Part shown: piece after piece, positions 1 to 8,621 of the stretch
Numbering within the stretch: the first letter of the stretch is position 1
Layout: the number at the start of each line of letters is the position of its first letter
Assembly (NCBI GenBank): GCA_964461135.1
Contig: CAYWTB010000001.1
Location: 8,082 to 72,081 of the forward strand
Direction of reading: 5' to 3'
Length of the DNA stretch: 64,000 bases
Origin: an uncultured Caldithrix sp.
Lineage (GTDB): Bacteria; Calditrichota; Calditrichia; RBG-13-44-9
The notes under the pieces: generated by a model
Database searches by the model: none
What the model was told of the DNA's origin: nothing
What the model saw: the letters and a program-made list of their open reading frames with translations, nothing else
Position numbers and translations under genes: made by a program

Positions 1-708
1 CACCTTGACGTTAAAATTTCCAATAAATCCGGACACATGCTCAATTTCACTGTAAGCTAAAAGCTTTATTCGGGGATGTCGACCGACATCCATCATCTTC
101 GGTCCCAGAATTCATATGGAACAATCCATGGTCGGATAAGTCTTATCCAGTGCCGCCATTATACCACCGATGCTGGGTTCTTTTTCCACCAGGTAAACCT
201 GATGCCCTGCATCTGCCAGATCCAGCGCCGTCTGAATGCCCGCCACGCCTCCACCCACCACCAGCGCGCTTTTTGTCACCGGTACCTCTGCCTCAGTTTG
301 CGGTTCCAGAACCCGGGCGCGAGCCACTGCACTTTTTACCAGATCTTTGGCTTTGGCAGTAGCTGCCTCTCTTTCGTTCTGATGCACCCAGCTACAGTGT
401 TCCCGGATATTGGCCATTTCATACAGGTAGGGATTTAAACCTGCATCCGCCACGCATTGCCTGAAGGTGGGTTCATGAATTTTAGGTGTACAGGAAGCCA
501 CAACCACACGATTCAGTTTGTGTTCCATGATGGCCCGCTTGATTTCATTCTGGCCCGGATCAGCACAGGTGTATTTGTTGCGTACCACTACTACTACATC
601 ATCCAGCGTCTCAGAATATTTTGCCACCTCAGCGCAATCCACCGTGCCGGCAATATTCAGACCGCAATCACATACAAATACACCGATTCGTAATTTTTCT
701 TCATTCAT
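1..708 (-). CDS. hdrA: Heterodisulfide reductase subunit A (HdrA) paralog. Selenoprotein with in-frame UGA at 112..114. 5'-proximal part only; the CDS continues past the window start.
   Basis: Starts [21 protein letters not shown] (HdrA N-terminal 4-Cys domain). An FAD-binding GxGxxG domain follows ([18 protein letters not shown]), ending ...[33 protein letters not shown]. The frame stays open through position 1 after the TGA. The TGA replaces the second Cys of the conserved HdrA DCxxC(I)L(A/G)PK motif. Confidence 0.8.
61..111 (-). promoter_or_regulatory. Candidate SECIS hairpin immediately 3' of the UGA (mRNA GGAUG-UCGGUCGA-CAUCC)
   Basis: An 18-nt stem-loop at 74..91 lies about 20 nt downstream of the UGA. 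The hairpin segment is nucleotide-identical to the one after the second hdrA UGA apart from one loop base. The codons between UGA and hairpin differ at wobble positions. Confidence 0.35.
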
Positions 709-764
709 GGATTAGTTCTCCCGGTTAAGCCCGTATTATTTATTTTAAAGGTAAAACCCGTTTT

Positions 765-1532
765 TTAAATGGGACCCTCCGGATATTGGGTAAATTCGGA
801 AATGGAATCGATCATCTTCCGGACGCGCTTATCATACGGATTTAATTCCAGAGCTTTATTAAGACTGTAGAGCGCCTCATGGTGTCTTTCCAGATTGTTA
901 TAAGCCTTGCCCAGGTGATAATAAGCCGCTTCGTGATCCGGATGAACTTTCAGAAGCCTTCGCAGTACTTTTATGGCCTCTTTATTCTCTCCCATGGTTA
1001 AATAAATGATTGCCAGGTCATATAAGGTAATGAAGGACTGCGGGTCCCTCTTCAGTGAATTCAGCAAAGATTCGATTGCCTGGTGTGTATGGCCTGCCCG
1101 GTAATTCATGAGGCCCAGCCAGTAATATGCCATGCTGAATTCCGGGTCAATTTCCACCACGTGGTGCATGGATTTTATAGCCTGGTTTAGCTGAGCAGAC
1201 CGGAAATAACACAGACTCAAATGATAATGAGCAAGTGCAAAATTGGGATCGATTTCCAGGATTTCCTCAAATGTTGAAATTGCTTTCTTAATGTGGCCTT
1301 TTAAATAATACAGGTGTCCCAGATCATGACGGTATGATATATTTTCAGGTTCCTGGCTGATTTTCTTCTTTATTTTCTCAATTGCATCCTGCAGCTTTAC
1401 GGTATCCGAAAATTTTTCGTTGCCAATTTTAAATTGAGATGATTTTACAGTTTTTTTTGAACTTTTCTTGGCATCAGACAATTTTTTAATCCCCTTTTCC
1501 TTTATCTCAACACAGTCTACAACGGAACACAT
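765..1532 (-). CDS. Tetratricopeptide-repeat (TPR) protein
   Basis: Multiple 34-aa TPR-like repeats (AxxYYxLGxxYxxxGxxxxAIxxFxxALxLxP pattern repeated). Lys-rich C-terminus. Confidence 0.7.
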   Translation of the reverse strand: MCSVVDCVEIKEKGIKKLSDAKKSSKKTVKSSQFKIGNEKFSDTVKLQDAIEKIKKKISQEPENISYRHDLGHLYYLKGHIKKAISTFEEILEIDPNFALAHYHLSLCYFRSAQLNQAIKSMHHVVEIDPEFSMAYYWLGLMNYRAGHTHQAIESLLNSLKRDPQSFITLYDLAIIYLTMGENKEAIKVLRRLLKVHPDHEAAYYHLGKAYNNLERHHEALYSLNKALELNPYDKRVRKMIDSISEFTQYPEGPI

Positions 1533-1906
1533 TTATATCCGTAATGGATAATTCCTGCCGCACCGTCCTCCGAAATACGGCGGAATTCTATTCTTAAGGG
1601 CATTCCGGTGGCCAGTTTTTTCAAATCGCAATCCGAAATCTGTGAAAGAATCTTTACGCCTTCTTTTAAACGCACAATTCCAATGGCATAGGGAACCTGG
1701 TCTGAAAACCGGGAAGGAGCTACATGAATGATGGTATAGGTTTCCAGATTCCCTTCCCTGGAAAGGGTAATGGTTTCAAATTTCCGTTCTCCGCATTCTG
1801 CACAAACCAGCCTTTTCGGGAAATGAACATTTCCGCACTTCCGGCATTTTCCGGCTTCCATTCGGTAGCGATGAGGCATTTCGCGCCAATATTTTGAGAC
1901 TGACAT
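1517..1906 (-). CDS. DUF35 / Zn-ribbon + OB-fold protein (thiolase-HMGCS scaffold partner)
   Basis: CRKCGNVHFPKRLVCAECG zinc-ribbon followed by an OB-fold-like segment, about 129 aa. Translationally coupled to the upstream thiolase by a start/stop overlap at 1906. Confidence 0.75.
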   Translation of the reverse strand: MSVSKYWREMPHRYRMEAGKCRKCGNVHFPKRLVCAECGERKFETITLSREGNLETYTIIHVAPSRFSDQVPYAIGIVRLKEGVKILSQISDCDLKKLATGMPLRIEFRRISEDGAAGIIHYGYKCVPL

Positions 1907-3066
1907 TACACCACCTCCAAAATATGAACAAGAGTACTTCCCCCGCTTCCTCCCATGTTCTGGGAAAGGCCGGTTCGGGCGTTTTCCACCTGCCGGGCAC
2001 CGCCCTCCCCCCGCAGCTGAGTGACAATTTCCACAATCTGAGCAACTCCGGTAGCTCCCACCGGATGACCTTTCGATTTCAATCCTCCGCTCACATTTAC
2101 CGGGATCTTACCTCCCAACCGTGTTGCGCCTGAGGCTGTAGCGTCCCCGCCCTTCCCCCGGGCTGCAAAGCCCAATTCTTCAATCACACATATTTCTGCG
2201 ATGGTAAAACAATCATGAACCTCACACAGGTCAATTTTTTCCGGGGAAGTTTCTGCCATTTTGTAGGCCAGTTGTGCTGCTTTTGCGGTTGCCGGCAGGG
2301 AGGTCAGATCGGATCGGTTGTGTAACGCTATGCTGGCTGTGGCATGACCGAAGCCTTTTATTCTTACCGGAGGTTTTTTGGATATCTTTTTAGCCAGATC
2401 CAGCGGGCACAGGATTATGGCGGCAGCTCCATCGGTTATGGGTGAGCAATCCAGGATTCGGAGGGGATCGGCAATCATAACCGAATTCATAACCTGTTCT
2501 AGGGTTATTTTCTGAGGGTACTGAGCCAGCGGATTCATTGAACCGTGGTAGTGATTTTTCACCGCCACTTCGGCCAGCTGTTCACGGGTAGTACCGTATT
2601 TCAGCATATGAGATCTGGCCATCATAGCGTACAGTCCCGGAAAAGTGATGCCATGATAAACCTCGTAATCCTGGTCGGCAGCGGTAGCCAGTGCATAGGT
2701 AGCTTCATCCGTACCCACATCAGTCATTTTTTCCACCCCACCCACCAAAACCACGTCGCTTAATCCCAGGGCAACATCCATATAACCCATTTTTACAGCC
2801 AGGCCTCCCGATGCACAAGCGGATTCCACCCGGGCTGCCGGAATGGGGGTTACTCCCAGGTAATCTGCCATAAGGGCAGCCAGGTGTTCCTGGCCGGTAA
2901 AAATTCCCGCTGTCATATTACCAATATACATGGAGTCGATCTTATCCACCCCGGCATCATCAATAGCGGATTGTGCAGCCTCCACAAAAATATCCCGCAG
3001 AGAACTCTCCCATAATTCCCCCCATCTGCTCAAACCAATGCCAATCACTGCTACATCACGACTCAC
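1906..3066 (-). CDS. Thiolase family protein (acetoacetyl-CoA thiolase-like, SCP-x/archaeal type)
   Basis: [11 protein letters not shown]...ESACASGG (active-site Cys) ...GHPVGATG. 386 aa, thiolase fold signatures. Confidence 0.85.
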   Translation of the reverse strand: MSRDVAVIGIGLSRWGELWESSLRDIFVEAAQSAIDDAGVDKIDSMYIGNMTAGIFTGQEHLAALMADYLGVTPIPAARVESACASGGLAVKMGYMDVALGLSDVVLVGGVEKMTDVGTDEATYALATAADQDYEVYHGITFPGLYAMMARSHMLKYGTTREQLAEVAVKNHYHGSMNPLAQYPQKITLEQVMNSVMIADPLRILDCSPITDGAAAIILCPLDLAKKISKKPPVRIKGFGHATASIALHNRSDLTSLPATAKAAQLAYKMAETSPEKIDLCEVHDCFTIAEICVIEELGFAARGKGGDATASGATRLGGKIPVNVSGGLKSKGHPVGATGVAQIVEIVTQLRGEGGARQVENARTGLSQNMGGSGGSTLVHILEVV

Positions 3067-3105
3067 ATTCCGCTCCTTGTTTTTGCCTGCTCATATTTAT
3101 TGCCA

Positions 3106-4152
3106 TCAACTGTTTTTAATTATTTTTCGCCGGTATTTCGAATAAAGACCATAATCGAGATATATTTTTTCACCCTGAATGAGATCCCACGTTTTAGGAG
3201 CAGCGTCCCTCACCCTGCTGATTCTGTCGGTAATCTTCCAGATAAAGCCGTCGCTTCCCGCACCCGAGCCGTAAGATACCATAAAGATCAAATCCCCGGG
3301 ATTTGACACATCCAGGATGGCGGTTAGTCCCAGGGGCGACGAACCGGAGTAGGTATTTCCGATTTTAGGGCAGAGTAATCCCTGTGAAATCTGATCCTTG
3401 CTGAAACCCAGCATTTGTCCCACCTTGGTGGGGAATTTTCCGTTGGGCTGATGGAACACGGCATAAGCAAAATCGGATGGTTTCAATCCCGATTTATCCA
3501 GCATTGTTTTACCACACTGATATACGTGCTTAAAATACGCGGGCTCGCCGGTAAAACGGCCACCATGTTGCGGATAGAACTGGTGTTCCCGGCGCCAGAA
3601 GTCCGGTGTATCACTCATGAAGGAAAAGGTGAGTTCACAGCTAGCAATCAAATTATCTTTTCCCATGATAAAAGCCGCCGCACCGGCCGAGGCTGTATAC
3701 TCCAAGGCATCGCCGGGCGCGCCCTGGGAAGTATCCGCCCCCACCGCCAGGGCGTATTTCATGCTGCCGGCCTTTACCAACTGCAGGGCAACAAACATTG
3801 CCTCCGTTCCCGCTTTACAGGCAAATTCAAAATCGGCGCAATGGGCGTCCGGAGTGGCACCGATAGCTTCTCCCAGGGTTGTCCCGCTGGGTTTAACGGC
3901 ATAAGGGTGCGATTCAGAACCCACATAAACCGCTCCGATATCCGAGGCCCGGATACCTGCTCTGGCCAATGCCCGGCGGGACGCTTCCACAGACATGGTA
4001 ATGGTATCCTGATCGGGAGCAGGCACGGACTTTTCCTCTACCATTAATCCCTTACGGTAACTTTCCGCATCTGCCCCCCACTGGCGGGCGATTTCTTCAA
4101 CCCGGATCCGATATTTTGGAACATAACTGCCATATCCAACAATACCAACCAT
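3106..4152 (-). CDS. Hydroxymethylglutaryl-CoA synthase-like condensing enzyme (archaeal type)
   Basis: MVGIVGYGSYVPKYRI...ADFEFACKAGT... 348 aa. Initiation-condensing-enzyme fold with catalytic Cys. Typical of the HMGCS that partners with thiolase and DUF35. Confidence 0.75.
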   Translation of the reverse strand: MVGIVGYGSYVPKYRIRVEEIARQWGADAESYRKGLMVEEKSVPAPDQDTITMSVEASRRALARAGIRASDIGAVYVGSESHPYAVKPSGTTLGEAIGATPDAHCADFEFACKAGTEAMFVALQLVKAGSMKYALAVGADTSQGAPGDALEYTASAGAAAFIMGKDNLIASCELTFSFMSDTPDFWRREHQFYPQHGGRFTGEPAYFKHVYQCGKTMLDKSGLKPSDFAYAVFHQPNGKFPTKVGQMLGFSKDQISQGLLCPKIGNTYSGSSPLGLTAILDVSNPGDLIFMVSYGSGAGSDGFIWKITDRISRVRDAAPKTWDLIQGEKIYLDYGLYSKYRRKIIKNS

Positions 4153-4215
4153 ACCATTCTCCTTGTCTTAAATACAGCCCTGACCAAAGAACTTCAATCT
4201 CTTTGGACCTGAATA

Positions 4216-5469
4216 TCAGGCGATTGCCGGTTTAAAAATAAATGTGGCAACGGTTTTGTCATCGCCGCCCATATTGATCATCATCCCATAAGGTCTCCCG
4301 GATGTTAACGGAACCTGGTACTCCTCCGCCCTTCCGGTCAGTTGCTGCCAGAGATCTACCGCCTGGCGGACACCCGTCCCGCCGGTAGGATGACCAAATC
4401 CGATAAGTCCACCGCTGGCATTTACAGGTATTTGGCCGCCTATAGCCGTCTTTTTTTCACTGATAAAATCCGCAGCTTCCCCTTCCTCCACTATGCAGGC
4501 GGCTTCCAGGGCAAGTAACGCCGTTATGGTAAAACAATCATGAATTTCCATGACACCGATGTCGGACGGTTTCAATCCTGCGCTTTCATAGGCTTTTTCG
4601 ACTGCTTTCTGAGTGGTGGTCAATCGGGTAAGATCTTTTGGCGGTTGCTTAATATCATCAACGGCGATTCCCAGAGATACCAGTTCAATGGCATCCCTGC
4701 GATCAATATTCAGTTTTTTTAAGCCGTCTTCAGAAGCGACAATCAGGGCAGAACCTCCGTCAGTCACTTTGGAGCAATCAAAAACGTTTAAATGCTCAAC
4801 AAAATACTTGGGATTGGGTGGAGTCATACCAGAGGCAAAAAGATCGTCAGTGGAATTATGATATTCCTGGGCCTTGGGATTTTTCCGGGCATTTTGAATC
4901 GCCTGTTCATACCAGTGTGCCATGGCAGTCCGTATTTTTTCCTGGCCGTACTTCCGGTAGCAGGCACCCGCCCTCTGAGAAAATTTGTCAGGAAAGAAAT
5001 GCGCATGACCTTCTTTTCTTTCTCCCTCATAGTACCCTGCCCCGGCCAGAAAATCTGCCCCATATACCGCTTTTACCGAGTTCTGTACCTCAACTCCCAC
5101 TGTCAGGACAACATCGGAAATTCCGGAGAGAACACTTTTTATGGCGGTATAGACACCTAATCCACCCGAACCACAGGCTCCTTCAATACGGGAGCATGGT
5201 TTATACAATAAGGACGGATCAATGGAGGGAATGAAAGCGGCCAGATTGCCCTGACGGTTGAAACGTGCAGCCATAAAATTTGATACCACACCTTCATCGA
5301 TCAGGTCAGCCCGGTTATTAATCCGGGCAATTGCCCCTTTCCCGGCTTCAATGATGTAATAATCAATTCCCGGCCGCGGTTTTTTAGGATGAAATTCTCT
5401 TCGTCCCGATCCTAAAAATACCGTATTATAACCAGCGGTCAGAAATACAGGTTTAGTTAATTTATTCAT
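4216..5469 (-). CDS. Thiolase-like protein (acetyl-CoA C-acyltransferase family)
   Basis: 417 aa. ...CSRIEGACGSGG ... GHPTGGTG ... thiolase N- and C-domain motifs. Confidence 0.75.
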   Translation of the reverse strand: MNKLTKPVFLTAGYNTVFLGSGRREFHPKKPRPGIDYYIIEAGKGAIARINNRADLIDEGVVSNFMAARFNRQGNLAAFIPSIDPSLLYKPCSRIEGACGSGGLGVYTAIKSVLSGISDVVLTVGVEVQNSVKAVYGADFLAGAGYYEGERKEGHAHFFPDKFSQRAGACYRKYGQEKIRTAMAHWYEQAIQNARKNPKAQEYHNSTDDLFASGMTPPNPKYFVEHLNVFDCSKVTDGGSALIVASEDGLKKLNIDRRDAIELVSLGIAVDDIKQPPKDLTRLTTTQKAVEKAYESAGLKPSDIGVMEIHDCFTITALLALEAACIVEEGEAADFISEKKTAIGGQIPVNASGGLIGFGHPTGGTGVRQAVDLWQQLTGRAEEYQVPLTSGRPYGMMINMGGDDKTVATFIFKPAIA

Positions 5470-5515
5470 ATTATCCCCGGTTTTTTAATCACAACTGTAG
5501 CACCTGATATTTTCA

Positions 5516-6856
5516 TTAAATATATTGATTTATGGGTCCATACAGATGATAGAACCCATTGAGCAACACCCCATTTACATCATCTTCCGAGCGGGCGACT
5601 CCGCTCTTCACCAGATTCCCGGCAATTTCCTTACTGTTCCGGAGATAATCCCTGGCCAGCACGGCACCCGGAGTGCCATCGGATTTAAGATTCCGGAAAT
5701 ATTGGGCAAGCTTTTCCTCCTTTTGAGGATCGCTCAGCAGTGCCCTCCAGGGAACAAATCCCAGCGGAGGATTTCCGGTTTTTTCTTCTGTTTTTTGCTT
5801 CCAGTCTCCTTCCTCAAACAGACGGTACCCGGATTTATCCGGATCATATACTCCGGATGGCCGGTTCTTTTCATACTTTAAGAATCCGTCTTTCTGGCTT
5901 CCCTCCGGATTCTGACCTCCCAGAACTTTCTGTTCGACCAGTTCATCAACTACCTTACTGTGCAGCTTCTCCTTTGGAAAATGAGGATTCATGGTTCGGA
6001 GAATACATTGAAACACATCAATTCCCACGTAATCAATTAGTTGAAAAATACCCATGGGGCGGATGAGAAAATCCTGACTGATTCGATTGAGAATATAAAC
6101 CCCCTCTACAAAACCGTATTCTTTCTGCAATTTTTCTACCTGATCCAGAGCATACAACCCATCGCGCATGAAGTGCCCGTTGCCAATAAAACCAGCCACA
6201 TCATTGGATGGAATGAGAGTTTTTCGTAGCCGTTTTCCGAGCTCCAGTCCCAATTCATGAAGCTCCGGATTTAATCCAACGGGCGAAATCACCTCTACCA
6301 GTTTCTGGACTGCCGGCGGATTGTAGAAATGATAACCGATGATTCTGCCACCTAATCCTGCCTGCTTATCCAGGAAACCTATGGGAATTGAGGAGGTGTT
6401 GGTGAGAAAGAACGCATCGTCTGAGCAAATCTTTTTTACTTTTTTCAGCAGAGATATCTTTAAATCCGCATCTTCCAGAACTGCTTCGAATATCATCCGT
6501 GAATTTTTCAACTGGCTCATATCAGTACTGATCCGGATATTCAGGAAAAAATCATTCACAAACTGGTTAATGAACTCATGATTTTCCACCAGTTCCTGAT
6601 GATCCTGGTATGCTTTCCGTAACATCCCGATATTTCTTTCCGCATGCTTGACAGCCTGGGTTCGGAGGTACTGCAGCAATCCTTCCAGCCTGGCGGCATC
6701 AGTATCAATGAGGTGCAATTCGCAGGTATCGTTTTTATGTTCGGGTGACAGACGCTGCATGGTCATTTCCTGGCCCATCAAAAGAGCAATTCCGCTTCCC
6801 ATTTTGCCGGCAGCACCTATTACACCCACATTACAAAGACGTTCATTCAATGTCAT
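5516..6856 (-). CDS. 3-hydroxyacyl-CoA dehydrogenase (long form, NAD-binding)
   Basis: VGVIGAAGKMGSGIA Rossmann motif and HBD-family C-terminal domain. 446 aa. Confidence 0.75.
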   Translation of the reverse strand: MTLNERLCNVGVIGAAGKMGSGIALLMGQEMTMQRLSPEHKNDTCELHLIDTDAARLEGLLQYLRTQAVKHAERNIGMLRKAYQDHQELVENHEFINQFVNDFFLNIRISTDMSQLKNSRMIFEAVLEDADLKISLLKKVKKICSDDAFFLTNTSSIPIGFLDKQAGLGGRIIGYHFYNPPAVQKLVEVISPVGLNPELHELGLELGKRLRKTLIPSNDVAGFIGNGHFMRDGLYALDQVEKLQKEYGFVEGVYILNRISQDFLIRPMGIFQLIDYVGIDVFQCILRTMNPHFPKEKLHSKVVDELVEQKVLGGQNPEGSQKDGFLKYEKNRPSGVYDPDKSGYRLFEEGDWKQKTEEKTGNPPLGFVPWRALLSDPQKEEKLAQYFRNLKSDGTPGAVLARDYLRNSKEIAGNLVKSGVARSEDDVNGVLLNGFYHLYGPINQYI

Positions 6857-6923
6857 GCTCTACCTTTCTGGTATAAAGATTCTGGTATTACAGTTTCATA
6901 CACTTCTATGCAATCTGATTATA

Positions 6924-8066
6924 CTAATTCAGGTTTTCGGCAATAATCTCTGTCAGATCTTTAATTTTAAAGGATATCTCTTCTTTTAACTGCTTATCCA
7001 GAAGAGCACACTGAAAGTGTATCTGGCACTTGGGACAGGAGGTCACCAGAATATCTGATCCGGTTGCCTGAGCTTCCCTTAAACGCCGGGCCTGAATCTG
7101 TTTTGAAATCTGCGAACAGTTCATCCAGCTGCTTACCCCGCAACAGATGGCTCGTTTATGATGGTGAGCCATCTCGGTCAGTGAAAGCCCTTTCAGCTGA
7201 GACAATGCCTGCCGGGGAGCATCATAAATACCCATATGCCTGCCCAGGCGGCAGGGATCCTGAAAACAGGCGGTAAGCGGTTGACCTTTCAATGAAACAG
7301 TGGTTTCGGGGAGCCGTTGTGCTAAAAACTCACTCACATGCTGCACTTCAAAATCAAGCTTTCCGAATAGTCCGGCGTATTCGACTTTCAGGGTGCGATA
7401 ACATTCGGGGCAGGCGGTAATGACGTATTTGGCTCCCGATTTTTTAATCTGTTCAATGTTCTGTTCAGCCAGTTTTCGAAAATTCTTTAAATCCCCGTTC
7501 CAGTAAAAATCATGTCCGCAACATTTTTCATTGGGCAATACCTGGGGTTTAATATCGAAATGATTCAAAATTTTCATCATACTGCGGGCAATATTTAAAG
7601 GCTGGACCTCAAGATCAGAAAACAGCGCCTCATAGTAAGGCAGGCAACCCACAAAGTATAAATAATCTCCAGACGTTGATGTCTGGTATTCTTTGCTTAG
7701 CCAGTCCAGCCGCTGCTGTTTGAGATCGGGTGAGGTCATGATTTTTAGAATTGAATCCAGAATGCCGCCATGGGAGCAGGTACCTTCGCGGTTCTCCACG
7801 CCCATAAATTGCCGCATCAGCTGAATAAACTCGATATATTTTATATGAGACGGGCAGATGGTATCACATTGCTGACAGGTTAAACAGGACCACAAATCCG
7901 CTCCCTTCAGTCCATCAGGATGAGTATTCCTTATGGATCTGATCAGGATAAGCCGTGGAGAAAAAGTCTTCGAATGACGGGAAACCGGGCACACACCGGT
8001 GCATTTGCCACATTCCAGACAGGCAAAGGCATTGGTTTCCTGAATTTGTTTAAAATTAAATTCCAT
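6924..8066 (-). CDS. hdrD: HdrD-like (fused HdrC+HdrB) Fe-S / CCG-domain protein
   Basis: Two 4Fe-4S ferredoxin motifs (CLECGKCTGVCP, CLTCQQCDTICP). Two cysteine-rich CCG domains follow (CCGHD...CPECY; CCGVSS...CPKCQ). Confidence 0.75.
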   Translation of the reverse strand: MEFNFKQIQETNAFACLECGKCTGVCPVSRHSKTFSPRLILIRSIRNTHPDGLKGADLWSCLTCQQCDTICPSHIKYIEFIQLMRQFMGVENREGTCSHGGILDSILKIMTSPDLKQQRLDWLSKEYQTSTSGDYLYFVGCLPYYEALFSDLEVQPLNIARSMMKILNHFDIKPQVLPNEKCCGHDFYWNGDLKNFRKLAEQNIEQIKKSGAKYVITACPECYRTLKVEYAGLFGKLDFEVQHVSEFLAQRLPETTVSLKGQPLTACFQDPCRLGRHMGIYDAPRQALSQLKGLSLTEMAHHHKRAICCGVSSWMNCSQISKQIQARRLREAQATGSDILVTSCPKCQIHFQCALLDKQLKEEISFKIKDLTEIIAENLN

Positions 8067-8092
8067 GTCGAAATTCCACTTTCATTTAATAT

Positions 8093-8572
8093 TTAAGCAT
8101 TGGCGGCAATTTTATCTTTTTGTGCGGAGACGCTGTCTTCCTTAATGGATTTCAGGGGAGTAGGTCCCAGCTTCCTCACCTCTTCCACCATTTCCTTAAC
8201 AACTTTTACAAACTTGGGAAATTCAGCTGCAGAGATGAATTCCTGCCGTATTCTTTCCTTCTCAAATCCCAGCATTCTGACCACTGCCTTCAGTTTTTTA
8301 TATTGTTCCGCCGCCTTGCGGGCACCGAAACTGTAATGGCAATCCTCAAAGTGGCAGCCGGATACCAGTACTCCGTCCGCTCCCATCTCCAGCGCTTTCA
8401 GGACATGTGCGGGATTGACCCGTCCCATGCACATGGTACGAATGATCCGGATATTGGCAGGATACTGCATCCGGTTAATCCCGGCGGAATCAGCCGCGGG
8501 ATAACTGCACCAGTTACAGGCGAATACGACAATCCTCGGTTCAAACTCTTTCTTTGCAGCTTTTCGGGTCAT
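8093..8572 (-). CDS. mvhD: MvhD-like hydrogenase iron-sulfur subunit (HdrA electron-transfer partner)
   Basis: IVVFACNWCSYPAADSAG ... VSGCHFEDCHY: the MvhD signature. Confidence 0.85.
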   Translation of the reverse strand: MTRKAAKKEFEPRIVVFACNWCSYPAADSAGINRMQYPANIRIIRTMCMGRVNPAHVLKALEMGADGVLVSGCHFEDCHYSFGARKAAEQYKKLKAVVRMLGFEKERIRQEFISAAEFPKFVKVVKEMVEEVRKLGPTPLKSIKEDSVSAQKDKIAANA

Positions 8573-8621
8573 GTGTTAGTCTTTCTCCTGTCCGGTTGAA
8601 CTCTCCTGCGGGACTGCATTT

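Noticed and set aside
76-438. 120-aa plus-strand ORF, plus the other plus-strand ORFs at 150..362 and 457..715
   Set aside because: Antisense to the well-supported hdrA CDS. Low-complexity translations with no motifs.
3415-4047. 210-aa plus-strand ORF
   Set aside because: Antisense to the HMG-CoA synthase-like gene. Gly/Arg-rich with no domain signature.
8120-8599. 159-aa plus-strand ORF
   Set aside because: Antisense to mvhD, which has an unmistakable CNWCSY signature.
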